A stretch of 64,000 nucleotides of DNA from Candidatus Peregrinibacteria bacterium (GTDB lineage: Bacteria > Patescibacteriota > Gracilibacteria > UBA1369 > LOWO2-01-FULL-3): positions 2,562 to 66,561 of the forward strand of contig JAUYJL010000023.1 of NCBI GenBank assembly GCA_030688025.1. Direction: 5' to 3'. Below the pieces are notes generated by a model, which was given only the letters and a program-made list of their open reading frames with translations, was not told where the DNA came from and ran no database searches. Positions 30,541 to 39,716 of this stretch are shown here, one piece after another (positions within the stretch are counted from its first letter, which is position 1; the number at the start of each line of letters is the position of its first letter). The translations under genes and the position numbers were made by a program.

Positions 30541-32107
30541 ATTCCCATGGCTTATTGTATCTGCCCAAAAATTCGATGCCTCTTTCTTCGAGTTCTACGG
30601 CTGTAATTTTTGCATCGAAACAGTTTACGTAATCGTCACAAATTGTGATTACAGTACTACCTTGAGGAACTTGGGCAAAAGCTTTTTCGATGTCTTTTGT
30701 CGGAGTATACATTATCGGAATATTTACACTTCCTTCAATATGCCAGTTCTCAAATTTCCATGGCTCACGAGAATCCACTAGGATTACACCATTTTCAACC
30801 TTTTCTTTGACTTCGCTTGTCGTAAATATTTTTTTATATTTTTCCCCTGAGTATTTTTCTGCAAATTTTATGTTCCCTATCCATGATCCACCCCACTCTA
30901 CCCATCCATTTGCGCCATTTTCTAAATAAGAAGCTACTATATTTTTTGTTCTCAAAAATTCCGCCACTTCTTTCCCGCGAATTCCGGACCAACATAGCAC
31001 GTATACATATTTATTTTCAGGAAGTTCTATCCATTTCCCGGCTTGCAGGTCAGCAAATCGAACGTGAGTGCTTCCTTGAAGATATCCATTTTCATATTCC
31101 AAATTTTCACGTGCATCAATTACTATATAGTCATTTTTATTACTCTTTAGAATTTTATTAAAATCTGCATTACTGATTGAAAGTGCATTTTTTTGGTTTT
31201 CACTATAAAAATCTGCCGGTTGATCTCCTTTTTCAGCGATTATTTGATCACCTTTCTCGACCAATTTTCCTTCACTTAATGTTCTGACATTTGAGTTAGC
31301 AATTTGTATTGGAGTGTTATCTTGAATTTTTAGTTTCATCAGTACTCCGTAACGAATGTATTTATCGCCTTCATAGAGCGTTAATTCTAATGAAGAGGTT
31401 GAATCGTCAATTCGGACCAAATTGTCCAAAGTAATTTTCGTTGTATTTACATACCAACTTTTGAATGTTGCGAGACTTGTGGATTTTTTGGACATCTCGT
31501 ATGCCTTTTCTAAATCTTGATTTGCAATAGCCTTATAGTAATCCTCTATGAATTTTATACTTGTGTCTTTATCAGGATTTTTGATTGTTGAAACAAATTT
31601 TAGATTTTCTTCTTTTATTTGCCTTGAGATTTTTGGGACATCTCCGATTTTTAATTTATCTATCGCCGTTGTTTCTTCTATTTGGGCTATATTTTCTTCA
31701 GTTTTTTGTCTTGGTATTTTTTTCAAATATTGTTGTTCTTCCGCGGGTAATTGAGTGTATTTTTGGCTTTCTTCCAGCCATTTCTCATACTCAAGATTCT
31801 GTTTATAATTTCCATATAAGTATGCCGAACCTACTGATACTCCTATTATTGCTACTAATGAAATTGATATGAATATTATTTTGTTAGACTGCATTAATGC
31901 CAATTTTGTTTTAATAAATTGGTAAGACACGCTAAAAATTGCCGCCAAAAAAATTGCGGCTATTGATGCAACCTGAGCTATTTGAGATCCAATATTGAAA
32001 ATAAAATCCGGGGGAGGTACCGCGTGAACTGTCTGAGGAAAGGCTATCACGCAAATCAATGCAAAACTTACAAAAGCAAAAAGGTCTTTCGGAGTTTTCT
32101 TGTACAT
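30530..32107 (-). CDS. Membrane protein with two C-terminal rhodanese domains
   Basis: A signal/TM region (AFPQTVHA, two further helices) is followed by a rhodanese domain with an active-site loop (YVYVLCWSGIRGKE). A second rhodanese-like domain (ILVDSREPWKFENWHIEGSVNIP...VITICDDYVNC) follows. It overlaps the next gene by 11 nt. Confidence 0.8.
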   Translation of the reverse strand: MYKKTPKDLFAFVSFALICVIAFPQTVHAVPPPDFIFNIGSQIAQVASIAAIFLAAIFSVSYQFIKTKLALMQSNKIIFISISLVAIIGVSVGSAYLYGNYKQNLEYEKWLEESQKYTQLPAEEQQYLKKIPRQKTEENIAQIEETTAIDKLKIGDVPKISRQIKEENLKFVSTIKNPDKDTSIKFIEDYYKAIANQDLEKAYEMSKKSTSLATFKSWYVNTTKITLDNLVRIDDSTSSLELTLYEGDKYIRYGVLMKLKIQDNTPIQIANSNVRTLSEGKLVEKGDQIIAEKGDQPADFYSENQKNALSISNADFNKILKSNKNDYIVIDARENLEYENGYLQGSTHVRFADLQAGKWIELPENKYVYVLCWSGIRGKEVAEFLRTKNIVASYLENGANGWVEWGGSWIGNIKFAEKYSGEKYKKIFTTSEVKEKVENGVILVDSREPWKFENWHIEGSVNIPIMYTPTKDIEKAFAQVPQGSTVITICDDYVNCFDAKITAVELEERGIEFLGRYNKPWEYAQ

Positions 32108-32128
32108 GGGAATGAATTATATTTTATG

Positions 32129-32647
32129 TTATTTGTATAACATAAATTTAAACTTTATTCCATTTTCCTCTTCCTCCTTTATGAGTTGTTTGTTTGAGAA
32201 TTTGGCTGGGATCTCAGGGAAATACGTGTCACATTCGTAAGAGTTTTCGATGAATGTGATGTAAAGTCCTGTGAGATTTGGATGAGTTAAAGATTCTTTG
32301 AAAAGGGTTGCGCCACCTATGATGAAGATTGTTTCGATATCATCCCCTGCTGAAGCAATCGCATATCCTAGTGATTTATAAACCTCTACGCCTTCGATTT
32401 TTAGAGAGTCATCGCGAGTAAGTACTACATTTTTTCTATCTTTGAGTGGGCGATATTTTTCAGGTAAAGAATACCAAGTGTTTTTGCCCATGATCACCAT
32501 GTTTTTTTTGCTTGGATCTTTCACTGTCGTAGTGATTTCCTTGAAATATTGCGTTTCTTTTTTAAAATGCCAAGGCATCGCATTGTCCTTTCCTATGCCA
32601 TTTTTTGAGTCTACCGCGACTATGATGTAAATTTCTTTGTTGCTCAT
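32129..32647 (-). CDS. folA: Dihydrofolate reductase
   Basis: IVAVDSKNGIGKDNAMPWHFKKETQYFKEIT, GKNTWYSLP, FIIGGATLF. Confidence 0.92.
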   Translation of the reverse strand: MSNKEIYIIVAVDSKNGIGKDNAMPWHFKKETQYFKEITTTVKDPSKKNMVIMGKNTWYSLPEKYRPLKDRKNVVLTRDDSLKIEGVEVYKSLGYAIASAGDDIETIFIIGGATLFKESLTHPNLTGLYITFIENSYECDTYFPEIPAKFSNKQLIKEEEENGIKFKFMLYK

Positions 32648-32654
32648 GGCTTTA

Positions 32655-33470
32655 TTATACAGCCACAGGGAATTTTATAAAGGCCTCGTGTTCATATCCC
32701 TTCAATTCGAAATCTTCAAATGTTAGCTCCCAGAAAGGTTTCTTTGCAATTACTAACTTTGGCAACGCATGTGGTTGTCTTTTAATTTGTTCTTTTATTC
32801 CCTCAAGGTGATTTGAATAAATGTGTGTATCGCCAGTCGTGTGAACGAAATATCTTGGAGTCAAATTACATTCTTGTGCGACCATCATCAAAAGTGTCGC
32901 GTAACTCGCAATATTGTACGGTACGCCAAGCGCAACGTCCGCACTCCTCTGGTAGAGCTGTACGTCCAAATACTGCCCTACAACGTAAAACTGGAAGAAT
33001 GCGTGGCATGGTGGTAAGGCCATTCTATCCAAATCCGCAACGTTCCATGCACTCACAATTATTCTTCGTGAATCCGGATTGTTTTTTATTGTATCTATCG
33101 CGATTTGGATCTGATCGATGTGACTTTTCGTGTATGTAGTTTGGTCTTCGTTCAAAGTAAATTTCTCCCATTTCCTCCATTGGTAGCCATAAATCGGACC
33201 TAGATTTCCGTCTTTGTCGGCCCATGCGTCCCAAATTGGAGTGTGCTCCTTTAGGTCTTCATTGATGTTTGTAGAGCCTTTTAAAAACCAAAGTAGTTCC
33301 CTCAAGATGGCTCCGTAGCTTACTTTTTTCGTTGTAACCATTGGGAATCCTTCGCGTAAATCGTATTTTTTTTGTGTTCCAAAAATCGAAATAGTTCCTG
33401 TTCCTGTTCTATCTTTTTTTTCTACTCCGTCTTTCAAAACTTCTTGGACTAGTTCTAGATATTGTTTCAT
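32655..33470 (-). CDS. thyA: Thymidylate synthase
   Basis: [42 protein letters not shown]. Confidence 0.95.
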   Translation of the reverse strand: MKQYLELVQEVLKDGVEKKDRTGTGTISIFGTQKKYDLREGFPMVTTKKVSYGAILRELLWFLKGSTNINEDLKEHTPIWDAWADKDGNLGPIYGYQWRKWEKFTLNEDQTTYTKSHIDQIQIAIDTIKNNPDSRRIIVSAWNVADLDRMALPPCHAFFQFYVVGQYLDVQLYQRSADVALGVPYNIASYATLLMMVAQECNLTPRYFVHTTGDTHIYSNHLEGIKEQIKRQPHALPKLVIAKKPFWELTFEDFELKGYEHEAFIKFPVAV

Positions 33471-34015
33471 ATATTTATTTTTACTGTGTCTGTATCTTTG
33501 TGAATTTTACTTCCTGTTGTTTTGTCTTGCCCCTGATATTTTCCATTGTATGGAGTTTTTGCCGGCGCATCCATTCTACAGCAAACCAACTGACAAATTC
33601 TTTTTCCCGCTTGTAATCTTATAGGGAGAGGACTTGCATTGAAAAGCTCTAATGTGATTCTGCCTTCAAATCCCGGGTCAACCCATCCTGCATTTTGGAT
33701 GAAAAGACCAATTCTACCAATCGAGCTTCTGCCCTCTACAAAGGCTGTAATGTCATTTGGCAGTTTTACATATTCTTGCGTCGTTGCGAGCAAAAATGAA
33801 TTTGGCGGAATAACTATATTGTCATTATTTATTTCTCGGTATTTTATTTCCGAATCCAAAGTTATGATCTCCGCTTCATTTTCCTCAATCACGAGAAAGT
33901 GAGCCCCAAGCCTCAAATCGATTGAAGCAGGTTGTATAGATTTTTCATCAATTGGATCAATTACGATAATTTTTTCTTTAATTAAACGCTCTAAAGTTGT
34001 GTCGGAAAGAATCAT
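33467..34015 (-). CDS. dcd: dCTP deaminase
   Basis: [34 protein letters not shown]. There is a 4-nt overlap with thyA. Confidence 0.92.
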   Translation of the reverse strand: MILSDTTLERLIKEKIIVIDPIDEKSIQPASIDLRLGAHFLVIEENEAEIITLDSEIKYREINNDNIVIPPNSFLLATTQEYVKLPNDITAFVEGRSSIGRIGLFIQNAGWVDPGFEGRITLELFNASPLPIRLQAGKRICQLVCCRMDAPAKTPYNGKYQGQDKTTGSKIHKDTDTVKINI

Positions 34016-34042
34016 TTTTGTTTGTTATGTGGCTAGCAATTT

Positions 34043-35131
34043 TTATCTTATTTTCAGCTCTTTGTCTAATATTTCAAAAAATTCTTTTAGCATATTTTTG
34101 CCATTTAAGCTCTTTGTGAGCTTACCTTTGATGTAAACTTGAGCTGTCTGTTTTTCTTGATATCCCGGTAACATTATTGCGATATCTGCTTTCTTGCATT
34201 CGCCCGGACCATTTACGATACATCCCATTATTGCGATATGAAGGTTTTTTGTTTTTTTATATTTCTTGATGTGATCATTTATTTTTTCAACCATTTCTTG
34301 AAAATATTTTTTGTTTGTTCTCCCACATCCAGGGCAACTTGTTATTTTTGGCGTAAATGTGCGAAGATTTAGAGTTTGTAAAATATTTTTGCAAACCTCA
34401 ACTTCTTTTGTTCTACTTTCATTTTTCCCCGGAGTAATAGAAACTCTAATAGTATCTCCGATTCCTTTTTGTAAAAGTATTCCTGTCGCAACTGAACTTG
34501 CAACAATTCCTTGAACGCCAGTTCCCGCTTCTGTAAGCCCTATATGAAGTGCGTAGATTTTTTTATTCTTTTTCATTTCTGCAGCCAGTCTCTCATGATC
34601 TTTTATAAAATCTACTGCATCTGAACTCTTCAAACTTAGTACAATTTGATTTCTTTTTAGTCCGATTTTTTCCGCTTTTTCAGCATATTCCAAAATTGCC
34701 TTCACGATGTCACCATCGAAAGACCCCTTATTTAAGCCAATCCTCACGGTCTTATTATTTTCTGCGGTTATTTTTATAAATTCTTCGAATGATTTTTCGT
34801 TCCCCGGATTTACTCTGAATTTATCTAAAGCTTTTATAAGAAGTGGATATTTGTTTAACAAAATATGCCCGTTGAAATGAAAATCTCCAACAAGTGCGAT
34901 GTCTTTGTATCCCTTCTTATCCAAACTTTTTCTGATTTCTGGGACCGCTTTTGCAGATGCCTCATCGTTTACAGTCATCCTTACTATCTCCGCACCCGCG
35001 TCATAAAGCTCGATACATTGTTTCACCGTTGCACTCACGTCTGAAGTCGGAGTGTCTGTCATGGATTGAATAACAACAGGAAGTCCTCCTCCGATTTTCA
35101 CTTTTCCGATTTTTACGATTTCTGATTTCAT
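34043..35131 (-). CDS. ispG: 4-hydroxy-3-methylbut-2-enyl diphosphate synthase
   Basis: VVIQSMTDTPTSD, ITSCPGCGRT, MGCIVNGPGE. I chose the start at MKSEIVKIGK (35131) because it removes the overlap with mnmA. Confidence 0.9.
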   Translation of the reverse strand: MKSEIVKIGKVKIGGGLPVVIQSMTDTPTSDVSATVKQCIELYDAGAEIVRMTVNDEASAKAVPEIRKSLDKKGYKDIALVGDFHFNGHILLNKYPLLIKALDKFRVNPGNEKSFEEFIKITAENNKTVRIGLNKGSFDGDIVKAILEYAEKAEKIGLKRNQIVLSLKSSDAVDFIKDHERLAAEMKKNKKIYALHIGLTEAGTGVQGIVASSVATGILLQKGIGDTIRVSITPGKNESRTKEVEVCKNILQTLNLRTFTPKITSCPGCGRTNKKYFQEMVEKINDHIKKYKKTKNLHIAIMGCIVNGPGECKKADIAIMLPGYQEKQTAQVYIKGKLTKSLNGKNMLKEFFEILDKELKIR

Positions 35132-35133
35132 AT

Positions 35134-36312
35134 TTAATCTATTACGGCGGAACCCAAGCATAAATCATTTCGATAGAAAACTGCAAACTGTCCTTTTGCG
35201 ATTCCTTGGTCATTTTTATTGATTTTCACTTTTGCTCTTTTTGAATTTATTTTTGTGATTTTTGCTATATACATTTTTTCTCCATGGCGAAGTTTTACTT
35301 TCAGAGATCCATGCAAAAGTCCCATCTTCTGCGTTATCGGCAAATTTTGATCCTCATGTACATGTTTGCACACTGCGGTCAAAATTTGCCTGTCGCCTTG
35401 CATCCGGGACTTCTGCATGGATCTCTTCAAATTTGTACTTGAAGGCAATTTTCCACTAAAGAAATTGTAATCCGTCACCTCGAATTCATTCCTTTTTTTA
35501 GTTTTATCGTGATAGTTTTTTGAAATAAAAACTATATTTTTTTTGAGATCTTTTTCAACGACATACCATGGACCCCCTGCGAGCAAAATGCCTTTCCTCT
35601 GCCCTATTGTATAATAATATGTTCCTTCATGTTCTCCCATTTTTTCACCTGTTTCATATTCCAAAATATCTCCTTTTTTCTCACCCAGATAATGTTTCAA
35701 AAAATCACTGTATTTTAATTTCCCAAGAAAACAAATTCCTTGGCTGTCTTTTCTATTTTTATTTGGAAGATTAAATTTCTCCGCATATTTCCTTACTTGT
35801 TTTTTATTCAAATGACCTATCGGAAACTCCGCACGTGACAGCTGTTTTTGGCTTAATCTGGACAAGAAATAAGTCTGATCTTTTATCTTATCTGGAGATC
35901 TTTTTAAGAAATATTTTCCTGTTTTCTTCACAACTTGGGCGTAGTGTCCTGTCGCAACTTTGTCGAAACTTTTGTCTATTTTGTTTATAAAAAGACCGAA
36001 TTTTATATTGTTGTTACACATAATATCCGGATTCGGAGTTCGTCCTTTTTTCACTTCTTCGATTGTATATTTAACAACAGTATCAAAATATTCCTTTTGC
36101 ATCGGAACTATTTTCAAAGGGATTTTTTCCTTACTGCAAACCTCACGGACATATTTCAAATCTTCTTCCCATGGACACTCCCCCATGGAAGACATCTCGT
36201 CTTCAAGCCAAATCTTTAAGTAAAAGGCCGTGATATCACAGCCTTTTTTTTGAAGTAATTTCAATGCTACTGAACTATCCACTCCTCCAGAAAGGAGCAC
36301 TGCTACTTTCAT
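35134..36312 (-). CDS. mnmA: tRNA 2-thiouridine(34) synthase
   Basis: PP-loop MKVAVLLSGGVDSSVA, ...NPDIMCN..., DSQGICFLG. Confidence 0.92.
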   Translation of the reverse strand: MKVAVLLSGGVDSSVALKLLQKKGCDITAFYLKIWLEDEMSSMGECPWEEDLKYVREVCSKEKIPLKIVPMQKEYFDTVVKYTIEEVKKGRTPNPDIMCNNNIKFGLFINKIDKSFDKVATGHYAQVVKKTGKYFLKRSPDKIKDQTYFLSRLSQKQLSRAEFPIGHLNKKQVRKYAEKFNLPNKNRKDSQGICFLGKLKYSDFLKHYLGEKKGDILEYETGEKMGEHEGTYYYTIGQRKGILLAGGPWYVVEKDLKKNIVFISKNYHDKTKKRNEFEVTDYNFFSGKLPSSTNLKRSMQKSRMQGDRQILTAVCKHVHEDQNLPITQKMGLLHGSLKVKLRHGEKMYIAKITKINSKRAKVKINKNDQGIAKGQFAVFYRNDLCLGSAVID

Positions 36313-36325
36313 AACTTTTCAATAA

Positions 36326-36628
36326 TTATTTTACAACTGCCGGTTCTTGAGTTGCAGGTGCTTGTGTCGCCTGATTAAAACCACATCTGTTTCCCCATAC
36401 ACTTCCTACTTTGCCAAAACTTGCCCCACCCATTTCTGCTGTCAACAATGCTCCGAGTATTCCAAGAGCCAATAACCAAACTGCCCATGAAAACATTTTC
36501 TTCTTATCCAAAACTCTAAAAGCCCAGATTAGGAATAGAACTACTCCAAGGAATGTTATTACTGCGAATAACATGTGAATCTGCATTCCAAACCATGGAT
36601 ATGCGAAGTTTTGTTGCCAAGCCATCAT
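36326..36628 (-). CDS. Small membrane protein (100 aa, two TM helices)
   Basis: ORF track. Hydrophobic segments are MLFAVITFLGVVLFLIWAF and WAVWLLALGILGALL. Confidence 0.6.
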   Translation of the reverse strand: MMAWQQNFAYPWFGMQIHMLFAVITFLGVVLFLIWAFRVLDKKKMFSWAVWLLALGILGALLTAEMGGASFGKVGSVWGNRCGFNQATQAPATQEPAVVK

Positions 36629-36706
36629 AAGAGTTAAGGTTATGTTGTAATTATTATAAGACTATCCTTCCTGCATGGAATGTCAACATTAATTTAGCCT
36701 AAGCCA

Positions 36707-36735
36707 TTGACAGTCTTTTTTTAGCACTCTAAGAT
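36707..36735 (+). promoter_or_regulatory. Putative promoter of htrA (TTGACA-17 nt-TAAGAT)
   Basis: TTGACA at 36707-36712 and TAAGAT at 36730-36735. The spacer and -10 overlap the CIRCE-like element. Confidence 0.4.
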
Positions 36736-36747
36736 GACGGGTGCTAA
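36721..36747. promoter_or_regulatory. CIRCE-like inverted repeat (HrcA operator type)
   Basis: TTAGCACTC-taagatgac-GGGTGCTAA compared with consensus TTAGCACTC-N9-GAGTGCTAA gives one mismatch. It lies 22 nt upstream of the htrA ATG. Confidence 0.7.
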
Positions 36748-36768
36748 TTATTTCTTAATCCACATAAT

Positions 36769-37968
36769 ATGGATAAAAATTATGGGAAAAATGTTCTTAC
36801 CGGAGCGGTTTCCGGTGGAGTCACTGCGCTTGTCATTGTGGGCGCTTTTGTTGGCTTATCTCAGCCCGTTCAGTCCCCTTCTACAAATAACGCCAGTGAT
36901 TCAAAAAATATTGTTCAGGAAGTTACGTCTCAAGAACAACTTGTGATAAATACCGTAAAAAAAGCTAAGGATTCTACGGTTTCTATTGTTATTACCAAGG
37001 ACGTGCCGATTCTTGAGAAATATTTCTCAAATCCTTTCGGGGAGAGCAGTCCTTTTAACGTCCAAATCCCTCAATACAGGCAAAATGGCACCGAGAAGAA
37101 GGAAGTTGGCGGAGGCAGTGGATTTATCGTCTCAGAGGACGGATATATTATCACAAACAGGCATGTAGTTTCAGATGAAACGGCTGAATACACTGTCATT
37201 ATGAATGATGCAGAGACGAAATATGATGCAAAAGTTATTGCGAGGGATTCTTTGAATGATATTGCTGTGATAAAAATCGAAGAGAAAGGTCTTCCATTTT
37301 TGAATTTTGCGGATAGCGATATTTTACAAGCTGGACAGACTGCAATCGCTATAGGAAGCCCTCTTCTCGAATTCAAAAATTCCGTTTCTGTTGGAGTTGT
37401 TTCAGGGCTTTCAAGAAAAATTACTGCCGGAGACGGGCGTGGAATGTCTGAAAAACTTGAAGGCATAATACAAACCGATGCGGCGATAAATCCGGGGAAT
37501 TCCGGTGGACCACTTCTTGATCTTCATGGAAATGTAATTGGAGTGAATGTGGCTGTTGCTAGTGCGGAGAACATCGGTTTTTCACTTCCTGCAAATACCG
37601 TAAAAAGTATTTTTGATTCCGTGCAAAAAACCGGAAAAATATTTCGTCCTTTCCTTGGGATAAGATTTATCCCTATAACAAAGGCTATTAAAGAGGCTAA
37701 CAGTTTGTCTGTTGATTATGGAGTTCTTGTTTTGCGTGGAGAAAAGCCTGAGGAACTTGCGGTCGTACCGGGATCCCCTGCAGATAAGGCTGGTCTTAGC
37801 GAGAACGATATTATTCTTGAAGTGGATGGAGTGAAGCTCGACGACAATGTTTCGTTGCCTAATTTTATCGCAAAAAAGAATATCGGGGATAGCGTAGAAA
37901 TGAAAGTTCTTCACAAAGGAGAAGAGAAAACGATTACTGTAAAACTCGAAGAAAAGTCTGACAAATAA
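36769..37968 (+). CDS. htrA: HtrA/DegP family serine protease with PDZ domain
   Basis: Catalytic triad context: ITNRHVV, NDIAVIKI, TDAAINPGNSGGPLLD. A C-terminal PDZ is present (GSPADKAGLSENDIILEVDG). Confidence 0.9.
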   Translation: MDKNYGKNVLTGAVSGGVTALVIVGAFVGLSQPVQSPSTNNASDSKNIVQEVTSQEQLVINTVKKAKDSTVSIVITKDVPILEKYFSNPFGESSPFNVQIPQYRQNGTEKKEVGGGSGFIVSEDGYIITNRHVVSDETAEYTVIMNDAETKYDAKVIARDSLNDIAVIKIEEKGLPFLNFADSDILQAGQTAIAIGSPLLEFKNSVSVGVVSGLSRKITAGDGRGMSEKLEGIIQTDAAINPGNSGGPLLDLHGNVIGVNVAVASAENIGFSLPANTVKSIFDSVQKTGKIFRPFLGIRFIPITKAIKEANSLSVDYGVLVLRGEKPEELAVVPGSPADKAGLSENDIILEVDGVKLDDNVSLPNFIAKKNIGDSVEMKVLHKGEEKTITVKLEEKSDK

Positions 37969-38647
37969 ACATCAGAGCTAAAATTATCGGGACGTGTATG
38001 AGGTAAATCACGAGAGAGTGGCGTCCCAAAAATAGAATCGGACACAAGAATTTTGGGAATTTCGTATCGATGATTGGGGCATTATCTTTATAGAGATAGT
38101 GCCCTATTTCAAGCCCGAAAAATGGTATCGCCATCCATGGAAATATTGAAAAATAATCGAGAGAAGAAATTGTCGTATTCTTGAATCCGAGGATAAAAAG
38201 AAAAATATTTTCCGAAGATATGTCTTTTATAAAAAGCCAGATTGCGACTGCGGCAAGCCCGAAAATCAGCCCCATGTGTTTTTTGTTTTTTGCTATTGGT
38301 AAAATCAAAACGCTGACTGTTATAAGATGAAGTATTCCGAAAATTATAAAATAATCCGGCACAAAAATGTATGTGACGAGTGTTATTGCAAGTGCGCCTG
38401 CAAATATTTTTAGTGCTCTTTTTATTTGTCCTGTGTAAGTTTTTTTTGAAATTGCCATGGAGATTCCGACAAGTCCCAGAAATGTGAGCTGTACGAATCT
38501 CAAGTATGGAAGCCATGAATCCGAAGAGATATTTGTGTTTATTACATTAAAAAAATTTAGAGAAAAAAGTGCATGATAAATTATCATCCCTATAACGGCG
38601 ATGCCTCTAAACAAATCTATTTCTTGGAATCTTTTTGAGATATTCAT
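37934..38647 (-). CDS. DUF1624 (heparan-alpha-glucosaminide N-acetyltransferase-like) membrane protein
   Basis: RFQEIDLFRGIAVIGMIIYH N terminus and polytopic hydrophobicity. There is a convergent 35-nt overlap with htrA. Confidence 0.75.
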   Translation of the reverse strand: MNISKRFQEIDLFRGIAVIGMIIYHALFSLNFFNVINTNISSDSWLPYLRFVQLTFLGLVGISMAISKKTYTGQIKRALKIFAGALAITLVTYIFVPDYFIIFGILHLITVSVLILPIAKNKKHMGLIFGLAAVAIWLFIKDISSENIFLFILGFKNTTISSLDYFSIFPWMAIPFFGLEIGHYLYKDNAPIIDTKFPKFLCPILFLGRHSLVIYLIHVPIILALMFICQTFLRVLQ

Positions 38648-38664
38648 AAAATCTCTAAGATTTA

Positions 38665-39333
38665 TTATTTTATGGATTTCAAAACTTCTGCAAATTCTTC
38701 CGGCAACTCAGCCCTGAAATGCATTTTTTTGCCTGTGATTGGATGAGTGAAATCCATTTCCGCCGAATGTAGAAAAAAGTGTCTAAACGGCACAATCTTC
38801 TGATATTTCACATATTCAGTTCTCTCCATATAGTCACGATCCATGAGAAGAGCGTGATCCAAAATCCTGAAGTGTTTTCTGATTTGATGATGTTTCCCTG
38901 AAGTAATTCTGGCTTCTATCAACGAAGCTTTTACGGTTCTAAATTCTCGTAAAACTTGGTATGTAGTTTTCGCAGGAATTTTTACTTTTGGATTTTCTCG
39001 TGATGGCAATGGAATCTTGATCTCTCCTTCTTTCTTTTTCAAAATACCCGTAACTATCGCGAGATATGTCTTCTCAATTTTATCCAATCTCTGTTTTTGC
39101 ATGATTGCCATGAAGGCTTCTTTCGTCTTCGCAAAAATCACAAGACCGCTTGTGTCTCGGTCGATTCTGTTTACCGGACGTAGCCTTACCCTTTGCTCTT
39201 CGTACTTACCTTTGAGCTCATCGAGTAGGTTTTTCTGCTTTTTATTGTCCTTTGCGGCAACAGTCAAAAGTCCACGTGGCTTTGACACTACGAGGACCGA
39301 CTTGTCTTCGAAAATGATTGTTTTATCTAGCAT
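38665..39333 (-). CDS. RluA family pseudouridine synthase
   Basis: VVSKPRGLLT and the catalytic-Asp motif PVNRIDRDTSGLVIFAKT. Confidence 0.88.
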   Translation of the reverse strand: MLDKTIIFEDKSVLVVSKPRGLLTVAAKDNKKQKNLLDELKGKYEEQRVRLRPVNRIDRDTSGLVIFAKTKEAFMAIMQKQRLDKIEKTYLAIVTGILKKKEGEIKIPLPSRENPKVKIPAKTTYQVLREFRTVKASLIEARITSGKHHQIRKHFRILDHALLMDRDYMERTEYVKYQKIVPFRHFFLHSAEMDFTHPITGKKMHFRAELPEEFAEVLKSIK

Positions 39334-39372
39334 GTGCGGATATTAGCACATATTTGGAGGTTTGGCGACTGT

Positions 39373-39600
39373 TTAGCTAATTTTAAGTCCAGCTTGGCCT
39401 TGACGTATTCTCATTGCTGCTTCCATAGGGCCGTCTCCAGTTCCTGATACTTTACCTGCGTGCCTCCAATCAGCATCACTTAAACGTTCTGCTATAGCCG
39501 CGCTAGCGGCATCCAAGTCAGGGTAATGCTCTCCTGTTGGAATTGCGCTTAGTCCTGGGGATACTTGAGCCCCTGGATCTTGGTCGTGTGCTTCTGTCAT
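39373..39600 (-). CDS. Small GC-rich hypothetical protein (75 aa)
   Basis: MTEAHDQDPGAQVSPGLSAIPTGEHYPDLDAASAAIAERLSDADWRHAGKVSGTGDGPMEAAMRIRQGQAGLKIS. I use the start at ATG 39600. The listed ORF extends 34 AT-rich codons further upstream, which I do not trust. Confidence 0.5.
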   Translation of the reverse strand: MTEAHDQDPGAQVSPGLSAIPTGEHYPDLDAASAAIAERLSDADWRHAGKVSGTGDGPMEAAMRIRQGQAGLKIS

Positions 39601-39716
39601 ATTTTTATTGTTAAAATTTAAGTTAACGAGAACAGATTTTAACCGAAATACTAAATATGTCAAACTAATTAAGTTTTTCGTTTGGCCATCGACCTTCTTC
39701 AAGATAGAATGCGTCT

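Noticed and set aside
36734-36946. 70-aa ORF overlapping the htrA start in another frame
   Set aside because: It begins inside the CIRCE-like element and is out of frame with the strongly supported HtrA protease.
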